Assembly (NCBI GenBank): GCA_964343575.1
Contig: CAYFJV010000002.1
Span: forward strand, 69,585 to 133,584
DNA: 64,000 nucleotides
Reading direction: 5' to 3'
Source of the DNA: an uncultured Methanosarcinales archaeon
GTDB lineage: Archaea > Nanobdellota > Nanobdellia > Woesearchaeales > GW2011-AR9
Under the pieces are notes generated by a model that was given only the letters and a program-made list of their open reading frames with translations, was not told the origin of the DNA and did not search any database. A program made the translations under genes and the position numbers. Of this stretch, positions 26,655-35,826 are shown piece by piece. The stretch's first letter is position 1; the number at the start of each line of letters is the position of its first letter.

Positions 26655-27440
26655 CTAAAGAATTTTTACTTTCCCTGGAAGATTTTGAAAGATTTCTCCC
26701 ATCTCAAGCATACGCTCAATTGCTTTTTCTGTTTCAGAATTGTTAAGGAGATCAATAAGCTCCTCAATAGCAACACCATTTCCTTGATCTAATTCTTTTA
26801 TTTTCTCTCTAATGAGCTCATTGAGTTGTACTTTTTGCCCTAAGTTTTCAAGGCTTTGATTGATTTCTTCTTTGACTTCACTTATTTCGTCCTTATTTTC
26901 TATCTCAATGGTTTCTACTGTAATCTTTTCATCCTCTTTTTTCGCTTCTTGTTCTGTATGCAATTGCTCTGAGTGTAAAGCTGGCTCTTGAACTGCTGCT
27001 TGGTGTTTTTCTTTATCTACTTGGATCTCTTCTTCTTTTTGTTCTTCCTTATCCTGTTTAAGTTCAAGGGCCCTTAGCTCAAGCCACTCTTTTTCAACTA
27101 CTTTTAGAATTTCAGGTGCTAAATATTTTTCCTGGTTAAAGACCCGCACTCTTGCGATGCAAAGGGCAATGTCACCAACGTTGAGCTCTTCAAGACGTTT
27201 GTGCTCTTCAAAAACTCGAGCTAGAATTTGGCCTGAACCATCGTCGAGAAGCACAGAAGTAGTTGAACCATTTTTGGCAATAGAAAGAATAATGGCAATA
27301 ATGTTTACTCGGTAGAGTTTTTCTTGCTTTGTTGTGAGCAAAAAGTTGGCTTGTCCTTCCTCTTCTGTAATATATTCTCCAGAAATGATAGCCCCAATGG
27401 TGGTCTTTCTTGCTGTGTGTCTGGTGTAAGAGGCTTGCAT
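26655..27440 (-). CDS. OB-fold plus C-terminal winged-helix protein (RPA32/Stn1-like architecture), acidic linker
   Basis: The N-terminal ~110 aa have a beta-rich OB-like pattern (LYRVNIIAIILS...VLLDDGSGQILARVFEE...VGDIALCIARVRVF). A Glu/Lys-rich linker follows. The C-terminal ~50 aa are wH-like (VAIEELIDLLNNSETEKAIERMLEMGEIFQ). The gene is adjacent to MCM. Confidence 0.35.
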   Translation of the reverse strand: MQASYTRHTARKTTIGAIISGEYITEEEGQANFLLTTKQEKLYRVNIIAIILSIAKNGSTTSVLLDDGSGQILARVFEEHKRLEELNVGDIALCIARVRVFNQEKYLAPEILKVVEKEWLELRALELKQDKEEQKEEEIQVDKEKHQAAVQEPALHSEQLHTEQEAKKEDEKITVETIEIENKDEISEVKEEINQSLENLGQKVQLNELIREKIKELDQGNGVAIEELIDLLNNSETEKAIERMLEMGEIFQNLPGKVKIL

Positions 27441-27479
27441 AATCCTTTGGAACTTTTTGTGGTTTTAATCTTTGTTTTT

Positions 27480-27625
27480 GTAGAGAATATAGGTTCTTTT
27501 TAGGTGGCACTTGCCAAGCGGGGCCGGAAAGACCCTTGTCCGCCTGGTGCTTTTTCTTTCCTGGAAAAAGGGCTCCCAAGGAATTCGCTTCTTTATTCTG
27601 ATTTTCCCAGCAACCAGGCAAGTGC
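27480..27625. ncRNA. Candidate structured small RNA (class unknown) in a GC-rich island between MCM and the OB/wH gene
   Basis: GC is about 60% in an otherwise AT-rich intergenic region. The 5' segment GGTGGCACTTGCC (about 27508) is complementary to GGCAAGTGCGCC (about 27608), forming a long terminal helix. Internal hairpins include GGGCC-GGAAA-GACCC and AGGCGG...CCGCTT. The two overlapping minus-strand ORFs in the track are low-complexity and are rejected as coding. Confidence 0.35.
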
Positions 27626-27636
27626 GCCGCCTTTGC

Positions 27637-29670
27637 CTATAATCTTTGCACAAAGCCCTTTTTTGGCTCAAAGATGTCTCCTGACCTTCTTAATTTGGTA
27701 AGTACCTCATCAACATCATCTTCAGAAATATTCTTCTCTTTAGCCGCTTGCATAATCATTTCAATTGGAATGATTTTTTCTCCAACTTCTTTCTCTACTT
27801 TGCTAACTAGATCTTTAATAATGCTGATTTTGCTTCGTTGTGTTGCCGTAATCTTACTGCTAATACGGTCAATGTCAATCTTTCCAGTCTCACTGTCTTT
27901 TGCAATTTGGTTAAGGCTATAATCAAGTAGCTCAATTGCTTTTTGCGCGTCTTTTTTGGTAACTTTTTTTGCCAGGCGCAACTTTGCTGAACCTTCAGCT
28001 AAACGCACCAGAGCTTCAAGCTGCCGAGCCGAAATGGGGATGGAGCGAACTCCTCCTTCTTCAACATTGCCAAAGTTTCTCATATTTACATAATATTCTT
28101 GAATCTCTTGAATTGCGGCGTCTGTAAGTTCTGGGTTTGCAGTATTTCTCACATACATGAAATATTTTTTTAAGACGTCAGTTGGAATATCTGATTTTGC
28201 TCTTTCCGGATTTTGATGAAGTTTAAGGATAAAGGAAGCCATGATTTTGTCTTTCTCTTTGCTTGGTAAATCCTTTACTGGAAAAATAAGATCAAATCTG
28301 TTGATGAGTGCCGGTGGGAGGTTGATTTGATTTGCTATTAAGTCGTAGGGATCGAATCTTCCAAACTTTGGGTTTGCTGCTGCCAGAAGAGTGGTTTCAC
28401 AGCGGAGTGTTGCTTGAATGTTTGCTTTACTCACACTTACTGTTTGCTGTTCCATCGCCTCGTGCAAGGCAGATCTATCTTCCTTGGTCATCTTATCCAT
28501 CTCATCAATAATTGCAAAACCACGGTTAGCAAGGACTAATGTTCCTGCTTCTAAGCTCCATCCGCCAAGAAATTCATCCTTAACAACACTTGCCGTAAGA
28601 CCTGCCGCGCTTGCCCCTTTACCGCTAGTAAAACGAGATTTTGGTGCAACCTTGGTTATCCTCTTAAGCAGCTGAGATTTTCCTGCTCCGGGATCTCCTA
28701 TTAAGAGCATGTGCATATCTCCTCTTGTTTTTACACCATCAGGTCTTGCTTTTTTACAACCGCCAGCGAGTTGAAGCACAAGCGCTTCTTTGATTTTATC
28801 ATGCCCATAAATGGATGGGGCGATATTTTCGGAAAGATAACCATGTACTTGAGGATGTTTAGCAATATCTTTTATCTGTTCAAGTTCGTCTTCAGTAATT
28901 TTCATCTCGGAAGGATCATTTTCCATCGGTTCAATGAAGTTCGCTTCTAAGATAAGATCATATTTAGTTGACTTTCCTCCGCTTCGTAAGGTGATTGGTA
29001 CTTCGCTTACCCAACCGTAGAGCTTTACGCGCGCCCCTGGGCTGCTTTTTCTCTCTGGGATGGGACTCACCAAGTCTCCTTTAAGAAAAACGTTCATACG
29101 CTTTGGTTGCGCGCCGTCAAGATCATCTGGTGATTCTTCAAGTACCAATGCTTGTCCATCGATGAGCTCTTTGCTCATCTCTTTGAATTTTCCCTTTCTT
29201 CCGCAAGAGCATCTGCTTGGCTCTTTGAATTTTTGATCAAGCTGCAGTACCTTGAGAATGTTCCCGCAAGATGGGCATTCAAAAGTTGCACGTGCTACAT
29301 GGGGACGCACATCACTTTTTTGTCTAACAATTCCATCACACCATAGAAATTTTCCAAGGTGTTTGCTTCGAATTTCACTTACTCTCACTTTAAGAGATTC
29401 AGGAAAGTTTTTGAGACGTACATTGAACTTGTCTAATTTTTTGGGAAGATCAAACTCTTTGATAGCTAACTCTGCAGCTTTGAGAAGGTTCTCTGGGTCT
29501 TCAATAATTTCTTCAGTAAGCTCGGTGTTAAATTTTAGGAGAGCAGAAAAGTCGAGCACCATAGAATTTTGTCCTTTTCGCACTGCTTCAAGAAGTTGCG
29601 CGTGATAGTGCTGTTCAATAAACTCTCTAAAAAGAGTAATTTGTTTGTCTACTTCCAATGTCCACCCCAA
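27637..29670 (-). CDS. mcm: MCM replicative helicase
   Basis: N-terminal Zn finger (CPSCGN...CSCG), Walker A GDPGAGKSQLL, Walker B IDEMDKM, arginine finger and C-terminal wH domain. 677 aa with no intein. Confidence 0.95.
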   Translation of the reverse strand: MGWTLEVDKQITLFREFIEQHYHAQLLEAVRKGQNSMVLDFSALLKFNTELTEEIIEDPENLLKAAELAIKEFDLPKKLDKFNVRLKNFPESLKVRVSEIRSKHLGKFLWCDGIVRQKSDVRPHVARATFECPSCGNILKVLQLDQKFKEPSRCSCGRKGKFKEMSKELIDGQALVLEESPDDLDGAQPKRMNVFLKGDLVSPIPERKSSPGARVKLYGWVSEVPITLRSGGKSTKYDLILEANFIEPMENDPSEMKITEDELEQIKDIAKHPQVHGYLSENIAPSIYGHDKIKEALVLQLAGGCKKARPDGVKTRGDMHMLLIGDPGAGKSQLLKRITKVAPKSRFTSGKGASAAGLTASVVKDEFLGGWSLEAGTLVLANRGFAIIDEMDKMTKEDRSALHEAMEQQTVSVSKANIQATLRCETTLLAAANPKFGRFDPYDLIANQINLPPALINRFDLIFPVKDLPSKEKDKIMASFILKLHQNPERAKSDIPTDVLKKYFMYVRNTANPELTDAAIQEIQEYYVNMRNFGNVEEGGVRSIPISARQLEALVRLAEGSAKLRLAKKVTKKDAQKAIELLDYSLNQIAKDSETGKIDIDRISSKITATQRSKISIIKDLVSKVEKEVGEKIIPIEMIMQAAKEKNISEDDVDEVLTKLRRSGDIFEPKKGFVQRL

Positions 29671-29820
29671 GTAAGCTTCCTTTTGTTGTTTAGCTCAAGT
29701 AATCTTAGCAGCCTTGCTCATTAAAAAGCTTTGCTCCATACCAAATATGTCTTTTTGAAAATGTGTTTTAGAATGTCAAGAAGAGAATAAGACAGAAATA
29801 AAGGGAGAAAAATAAGAAAA

Positions 29821-30384
29821 TTAAGCGTTAAGTAACTTTTCTAAGTTTTGGATTAACTTATCTGTTGCTTCATGCACTTCTTCTTCGGTTCGACAACCAG
29901 TACACACAATTTTCCCGTTACTGAAAAGCAAGAAGGTTGCTCGTGTTCCTTTTAGTTTGTGTACAAGACCTGGAAACTGCTCAGGCTCGTATTCTGTGTT
30001 AGGCAATTTAAGTCCTAAGAAGTTCAAATTAAGTGCCATACCAATGGATCCAGCAGCTACAATGTTCTGCACATTGATCTCAGGTTTAATGGTAACGTGA
30101 ATGTCAAGCTTTTTAAGGCTCTTAATAATGCTTTGAATACTCTTTTCTACTTCACCAAGATTTTTTGCTCCAGTACATACAATTTTTCCACTAGAGAAGA
30201 TAAGTGCTGAAGTCTTTGGATTTTTGATTCGAAGAACAAGTCCAGGAAATTGCTCTGGATTGTATTCAGTGTTTGGCAGAGTTGCTGCCATTTTCTCTAA
30301 AGGAATATCTTTTTCTAAGGAGCTGGACACAACAATGTTTACGATAGTGATTTCTTTTTTTCCTGTTTTTTTCTTTGTTGCCAT
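29821..30384 (-). CDS. tbp: TATA-box binding protein (TBP)
   Basis: Two direct TBP repeats: NIVVSSSL...GKIVCTGAKN and NIVAAGSI...GKIVCTGCRT. Confidence 0.9.
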   Translation of the reverse strand: MATKKKTGKKEITIVNIVVSSSLEKDIPLEKMAATLPNTEYNPEQFPGLVLRIKNPKTSALIFSSGKIVCTGAKNLGEVEKSIQSIIKSLKKLDIHVTIKPEINVQNIVAAGSIGMALNLNFLGLKLPNTEYEPEQFPGLVHKLKGTRATFLLFSNGKIVCTGCRTEEEVHEATDKLIQNLEKLLNA

Positions 30385-30691
30385 GAATTAACGCCTCCGG
30401 AAGTGATTTGAGTGTTTTATTCTCTTCTTTCTCGGACTTTTAAGGAATTCTTTACAGACTATTTAAATATTCCCTTTATAAATGGTTTCTTTACCTTTTT
30501 AAAGGAGAAGGAGAGTCTTCCCTTCTCAGTAAAAAAGACCCCCTCATTTCCGATGGAAAGAGCCTAAAAACAAGTAATTTTTGTATTTTGGCTGTTTTAT
30601 TTTAGGCAGCTTTGCTTTTTTTGGCCTTTGTTTGAGATTGAAGCCTTTCTTCGAGAAAGTATTTTAAAATGGACATTTTCTTTGTTTCTCT

Positions 30692-31579
30692 ATGGTTAGT
30701 GCTACTTTTACTCATATTCTTCTCTCTTATGGGGAGATTTTTTTGAAAGGAAAAAATAAGGGTAGTTTTGAGCAGAAGTTGCTTTCTAATATTCGAAAAC
30801 AGTGCGGTTTTGGACAAGGTAGGTTGGACTTTGAGCGAGCGGGAAGCCGTTTTCTTTTACCTTATTTCGAAGAGCATGAAAAGCTGCAAAGAGTATTTGG
30901 TTTGAGTAATTATGCTCTAGCAGTTCGAGTTGAGAAAGAAATTGAGCAAATTAAACAAGTTGCTCTTAAGTTTATGTCTGAAAAGAAAGGAACTTATCGC
31001 GTGATGGCTAAGCGAGCCGATAAACGTTTTGCTTTGACTTCTCCAGAGATTAATGTTGCGGTAGGTAGTTTTTTGGGAGAGCAGTTGGGGGAATTAGAAT
31101 TTTCTTTGAAGGGTGCAGAACATGTTTTGCATGTTGAAATTAATGAAAAGGGAGCTTTTGTGTTTTTAGAAGTTGTTTCTTGCTTTGGTGGTCTTCCAGT
31201 TGGCACCGGAGGTAAAGTTGGTGCTTTACTTGATGGGAGCGAGCAGAGTTTGCTTGCTTGTTTGCTTATGATGAAACGAGGCGTGGTTCCTATACTCTTT
31301 TCTTCTGGTCTTGTTGCTGATAAGGATTTGAAGTTGCTTCGTAGCTATTCTCCAAAGAATTTGTCGGTAGTGCAGTTTGCCGATGAAAAAGAGTTGATTG
31401 CTAAGATGTCTGCGAAGAGACTTTCTGTTTTGGTTGTTGGGCAGCAGTTTTCCACTTTTGAAGAGTTTTCTTTTGAGAAGAGAGGGGACTTGCTTGTCTT
31501 TCGTCCTTTGATTGCTTTTAGTTCTGCAGAAGTTGAGGGGAAGTTTTGTAACTTTTCTCAAGCAATTGGAAAGGAATAA
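30692..31579 (+). CDS. ThiI-like THUMP-domain protein with a degenerate PP-loop (possible pseudo-enzyme or tRNA-binding partner)
   Basis: The N-terminus (ILLSYGEIFLKGKNKGSFEQKL) matches the ThiI ferredoxin-like and THUMP domains. Where ThiI has LLSGGIDS, this protein has LLDGSEQS. At 295 aa it is about 100 aa shorter than ThiI. Confidence 0.6.
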   Translation: MVSATFTHILLSYGEIFLKGKNKGSFEQKLLSNIRKQCGFGQGRLDFERAGSRFLLPYFEEHEKLQRVFGLSNYALAVRVEKEIEQIKQVALKFMSEKKGTYRVMAKRADKRFALTSPEINVAVGSFLGEQLGELEFSLKGAEHVLHVEINEKGAFVFLEVVSCFGGLPVGTGGKVGALLDGSEQSLLACLLMMKRGVVPILFSSGLVADKDLKLLRSYSPKNLSVVQFADEKELIAKMSAKRLSVLVVGQQFSTFEEFSFEKRGDLLVFRPLIAFSSAEVEGKFCNFSQAIGKE

Positions 31580-31596
31580 AAGGAATAAGCTTTTTC

Positions 31597-31797
31597 TTGT
31601 CTCTTATGGGGATTTGGGATGGGTTTTCTAGAAGTGCTGCTGTTGCAGAAGTGGAAGAGGAGCTTACCGAGGAAGAGTTTCTTGCCTTTTCTGATTCTAT
31701 CCGTAACACTGTAACTAGTTTGCGTGGTTCTTTGCACAATTATACTAAGATTTTTAGAGAGTTTGCAGTTGAGTTGGAAGCGGCTGCGCAGAATTAA
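31597..31797 (+). CDS. Hypothetical small acidic protein
   Basis: 66-aa ORF; weak support. Confidence 0.25.
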   Translation: MSLMGIWDGFSRSAAVAEVEEELTEEEFLAFSDSIRNTVTSLRGSLHNYTKIFREFAVELEAAAQN

Positions 31798-31847
31798 TTC
31801 TTGTTCTTTTTGGAAAAATATAAGAGGAAAGATCTTTCTCTTCTTGT

Positions 31848-32397
31848 TATGGTTATTAAGTTTCTGCTTGGTTTGATCCCTTTTATTAGAAGAGAAGCTG
31901 AAGAGGAAAAAATTGCTGGTCATATTGAAAATCATGCCGAGGAGTCTGATGCTTTGGCTCGTCTTCTCATGAAACGCTTACGAGAGGTTTTCGTTGCTAA
32001 TGACTCTTTTTTCCCAAATGGTGTTCAATATGAACTTGTTACCGTAAATGGGACTGCCCCTGTGGGTAAAGTTCTTCATAGGAAGAAGAGAACCTACTTT
32101 GCAAACTTGGCGCTTGCCGAGAGAATTGTGGAAGAACTGTTTAGAAGAAATCTTATCCCGGCAGAAGACCAAGATTACTTCAAAAAATATAAGAAAGACC
32201 TTCTTGACCTTCTTGCACTTAAAGACCAAGTTGACTTTTATCGGCGTGAAGTGTTTCACAGAGCCTTGGGTCGCAAAATTTCTCTTTATATTTTTGTCTT
32301 TTACAGCCAAGGGGCTATTTCCATCTATCAAGACAAAATTTTTGCTGTCAAAGAACCTTTTGGCTTACTTGGTGGTGAAGATGATGAAGAAACTTAG
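31848..32397 (+). CDS. Hypothetical protein
   Basis: The track ORF starts at a TTG at 31801; the first ATG (MVIKFLLG) is at 31848. No family recognised. Confidence 0.35.
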
Positions 32398-32420
32398 TTC
32401 TCTTTGTTTGTTATTGTTAA

Positions 32421-34754
32421 TTACATAACTCCTTTATTGAAGTTACCAATGGTGGTTCCTTTCTTGAGCAGAGAGATGTCTCCTGGATCTTCTCCATCGA
32501 GGATTTTTTTGTAGGCTTGCACTTCTTCTTTTGCTTTTTCTAGAAGCTTGTTGCTGCAATAATCTTCTCTGAGAAATTCAAGGTAGAAATGTTTGATGCC
32601 TTGTTCTTTGAATACTTTTATTTTGTCAAGAAGAGCAACCTTTCTTGAGTAACGCATTTCTGTGTTTTGATTTGGTGTGATTAAGAGCGGGAAAGTAATT
32701 TTCTTCTCATCAGTGAGCTTCTTTTCTTCTCTTGCTCCTTTGAAATTCATTACCACTGGGCGCCCATGAGCAAAAACCATGAAGTCTTTATCTTTGAATT
32801 GAGCTAGTTCTTTGGCGTTAAGTTCGATTGAGACGATAGGGCTTGCGTTTTCTTTTTTGACTTCTTGTAGATCAATATCATTGAAGACGTTCATGGTATA
32901 GAAAAGGTGTTTTTTGAGCTTTGGAAGCCCTTTTGTGCCTTCTGAGCGTTTTAGCTCCTTGTCCACTCTGTAGAGCCCGTGGTTTGCAATCATAATTCCA
33001 CCTGGCTTTTCCTTTTCTAGAAGAATGAGTATCTTTTTGATATCTGCATCACTCAGTGTTAAGTGAGTAAAAGCAAAGAACTCTGCTTTAGGATTAAGTT
33101 TTTTGGTAAGTTGTTTTGCCTTTGCAAACCCAGGAGAGAAGATATCATAGTAGATGGTGTTTGCCTTCTTTGCAACTATTTTGAGCAGCTCTAGGGAATT
33201 CACCCTAATGTTAAGGCTTTCCTGTGTCTTTTTTTCTCCTTTGTTTTTTGTTTTGCTCCCTTTTTCTAAAATTTCTTCTGCCCTGAGCATTCCAGGAGAA
33301 GTTCTCGCTACTTTTGGTAGGAAAACTGAGTTTAGTTCCTCTTTGATTTGAGTTATGCTTGAGGAAGGTAGGAAAAGATTCTTTGGAAGTTTTCCTTCTA
33401 GCGTGATTGTAAAGAAGTTGTTTTTGTTTAGTTTCTCTTCAATAGTTTCTTTGTTAAGTGCGCTTGTCTTTGCCTGTTGTAAAAGATCTTTGCTGGCGAA
33501 AATATGTTCTTTTCCTTTCCAGTTTGTGTTGAGCTCTAGGGCTTTTCCAATCTCCGCTTGGCTAATGCTGAGGGCGAGCGGATATCTTTTATTCTTCCCA
33601 GCCAGGGGTTTTCCTTTGCTTTGTGAAGTAAGATAAACTCTTGCCCCTTCTCTGAATGAAGGGTTTGGAATTTGTACCTCTTGGCCTTTTATAGCATGTT
33701 TGATTATTTTTCCATTCTTGTCCAAGAGTTTTTGTACAAACTCTCCTTTCATTTCTCCTTTTCTTTTATCCCAAAAACCAATGCCATCATGGATATAAAG
33801 CTCGTGAAGCAACTTTATCTTTTTGTTATGCACTTCTCCTAAGAAAATTCCCCTATGGGTGGGGAGTGTTGTGCTGAGTACTTCTTTATACTCATTTTTG
33901 AGGAAGAAGCCAGTAGTAAAGTCTCGATTGAAACTCATTCTGATGCGATCAAAATCTTCTTGGGTAAATTTTTTCCAGTTTCCAGAGTAGTACCTATCAA
34001 TTGCTTCTCGATAACATTTGGTGACTACCCCAACATACTCTGGAGATTTCATTCTCCCTTCAATCTTGATGGTGTGAACCCCACTTTCGATAATTTTTGG
34101 AATTTGATTGAGCAGCGCAAGATCTTTTGGACTGAGTAAGAAGCCTTCTTTGTTGTACTCTTTACGACAACTAGAAGCGCAAAGTCCTCGATTCCCTGAA
34201 CGTTTTCCGATGAGAGATGAGATGAGGCATTGTCCTGAATAAGAAATGCAAAGATGTCCATGACAGAAAATTTCTATAGGAAATTGTGATCGCTCTGAGA
34301 TGTATCTTAGCTCGTTAAAGTCAAGTTCTCTAGCAACTACTGCCAAGTCTGCGTATTGTTGCCAATTTTTGAGGCCCGCGTAGTTCATAATGCTTGCCTG
34401 CGTTGAGATGTGTACTTTGAGATCCGGATAGCGTTCTTTAATGAATGGAAGAAGATAGATGTCTTGTACAATTACTGCATCAACACCAGCTTCGTAGGCT
34501 TTGTCAAGCGCTTTGAACCATAGATTTAATTCATTGTTTTTTATGAGCGTGTTTAATGTGAGGTTAATCTCTACTCCATGAAAGTGGGCAAGCTGTATTG
34601 CAGCTGGGAGCGTTTCAAAAGTTAAATTTCCTTTGTTTTTTCTTCTGGCGTTGAAGTTCTTCACCCCAAGATAAACTACATCAGCACCATTATTGATAGC
34701 TGCTTGCAGAGCTTCTAGTGAACCTGCCGGAGAGAGGAGTTTGAGTTTTTTCAT
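32421..34754 (-). CDS. Peptidase U32 family protein (RlhA/TrhP-type; possible RNA 5-hydroxylation factor) with a long C-terminal extension
   Basis: N-terminal U32 TIM-barrel core with the signature EIFCHGHLCISYSGQC...GNRGLCASSCR. At 777 aa it is roughly twice the length of the minimal U32. Confidence 0.8.
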   Translation of the reverse strand: MKKLKLLSPAGSLEALQAAINNGADVVYLGVKNFNARRKNKGNLTFETLPAAIQLAHFHGVEINLTLNTLIKNNELNLWFKALDKAYEAGVDAVIVQDIYLLPFIKERYPDLKVHISTQASIMNYAGLKNWQQYADLAVVARELDFNELRYISERSQFPIEIFCHGHLCISYSGQCLISSLIGKRSGNRGLCASSCRKEYNKEGFLLSPKDLALLNQIPKIIESGVHTIKIEGRMKSPEYVGVVTKCYREAIDRYYSGNWKKFTQEDFDRIRMSFNRDFTTGFFLKNEYKEVLSTTLPTHRGIFLGEVHNKKIKLLHELYIHDGIGFWDKRKGEMKGEFVQKLLDKNGKIIKHAIKGQEVQIPNPSFREGARVYLTSQSKGKPLAGKNKRYPLALSISQAEIGKALELNTNWKGKEHIFASKDLLQQAKTSALNKETIEEKLNKNNFFTITLEGKLPKNLFLPSSSITQIKEELNSVFLPKVARTSPGMLRAEEILEKGSKTKNKGEKKTQESLNIRVNSLELLKIVAKKANTIYYDIFSPGFAKAKQLTKKLNPKAEFFAFTHLTLSDADIKKILILLEKEKPGGIMIANHGLYRVDKELKRSEGTKGLPKLKKHLFYTMNVFNDIDLQEVKKENASPIVSIELNAKELAQFKDKDFMVFAHGRPVVMNFKGAREEKKLTDEKKITFPLLITPNQNTEMRYSRKVALLDKIKVFKEQGIKHFYLEFLREDYCSNKLLEKAKEEVQAYKKILDGEDPGDISLLKKGTTIGNFNKGVM

Positions 34755-34788
34755 TTTGTTTTATTTTTCTGTTTCTTGTTTATTCCAG

Positions 34789-35823
34789 TTAATTACCCAC
34801 ATATTTTGAATAAAGGGCTTGCGCTTCTTTTTCTTTCTTTGCTTTTATGAGTGCTCTTCCATCTTTGAAGATGAGAAGGTTGAAGGAGTTGTCTTTTGCT
34901 TTTATGGCGAGTGCAGTGTTGTCATAGATAGTTGTGATGTTTTCTTCTTTGTTTAGTTTTTCTTCTAGCTCTTTGAGATCGATAGCTTTATTTCCTAGGA
35001 TTTGGAAGTTTCCAGAGGAACAGAAGCGTTTAGTCCTTTCCTCCTCTCTTTCTGGGTTGAGGTGGGTGAAGTTTCCCTGACAAGTAGGACAGTTTTCTCT
35101 TCTTTTTGCTTTGAGTTTTCTCAGATCATTGTTCCAGATGTTGAAAGTGATAAGTTCTCCTTGATCTACTGTTTTGCCTAGAATTATTTTGAGGGCCAGA
35201 GTTACTTGCATGCTTGCTATGATATGTGTTGTGCTGTTCAAAACTCCAGCAGAAGCGCAGGTCTCCCCTCGCGCATTGTTTGGCAGTGCGCAGTTAAGGC
35301 AAGAGATGTTCTCTTTACCTTCTTCTTGGGTTATTGCCATAAGCATACCCTCTTTTTGGATAGCTCCAGCATAGATCCAAGGAATCTTTTCTTTTGCACA
35401 AAAGTCGTTGATGAGCAGTTTTGTTTGAAAGTTGTCTGTGCAGTCGAGTAGAAGAGAATACTCTTTTAGTTTGAGAGAAAGGATGTTTTTTGCATTAAGA
35501 TGCATGTTTTCAGTTTCTATCTTTACTTGAGAGTTAATCTGTAACAATTTTTCCTTGCAGACTTCTGCTTTGTTCTTTCCAATGTCTTTTTCTGTAAAAA
35601 GCGCTTGTCTTTGTAGATTAGAAAGCTCGATTGTGTCTCGATCAATAAGCAAGAGTTCTTGCACACCTGCTCGAACTAGAAGTTCTGCTGCCACAGTTCC
35701 AAGGGCTCCGCAGCCAATTATTGCTATTCTTGCAGCACAGATTTTTTCTTGCCCTTCTTCTTGGATGTCTGGGATGAGCATTTGTCTTGAGTACAGCTCC
35801 TTTTGTTTGTTTGTGAGTTTCAT
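34789..35823 (-). CDS. E1-like MoeB/ThiF/UbaA adenylyltransferase for ubiquitin-like sulfur carriers, with a ~90-aa C-terminal extension
   Basis: Rossmann motif IIGCGALGTVAAELLVRAGV and two CxxC pairs (CLNC...CPTC). An uncharacterised C-terminal domain follows. Confidence 0.85.
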   Translation of the reverse strand: MKLTNKQKELYSRQMLIPDIQEEGQEKICAARIAIIGCGALGTVAAELLVRAGVQELLLIDRDTIELSNLQRQALFTEKDIGKNKAEVCKEKLLQINSQVKIETENMHLNAKNILSLKLKEYSLLLDCTDNFQTKLLINDFCAKEKIPWIYAGAIQKEGMLMAITQEEGKENISCLNCALPNNARGETCASAGVLNSTTHIIASMQVTLALKIILGKTVDQGELITFNIWNNDLRKLKAKRRENCPTCQGNFTHLNPEREEERTKRFCSSGNFQILGNKAIDLKELEEKLNKEENITTIYDNTALAIKAKDNSFNLLIFKDGRALIKAKKEKEAQALYSKYVGN

Positions 35824-35826
35824 CTT

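Noticed and set aside
27208-27671. Two overlapping minus-strand ORFs (137 and 68 aa) in the MCM-downstream spacer
   Set aside because: They span the GC-rich structured island. Their products are Arg/Pro/Lys-rich with no fold features, and they partly overlap the 5' end of the well-supported OB/wH gene.
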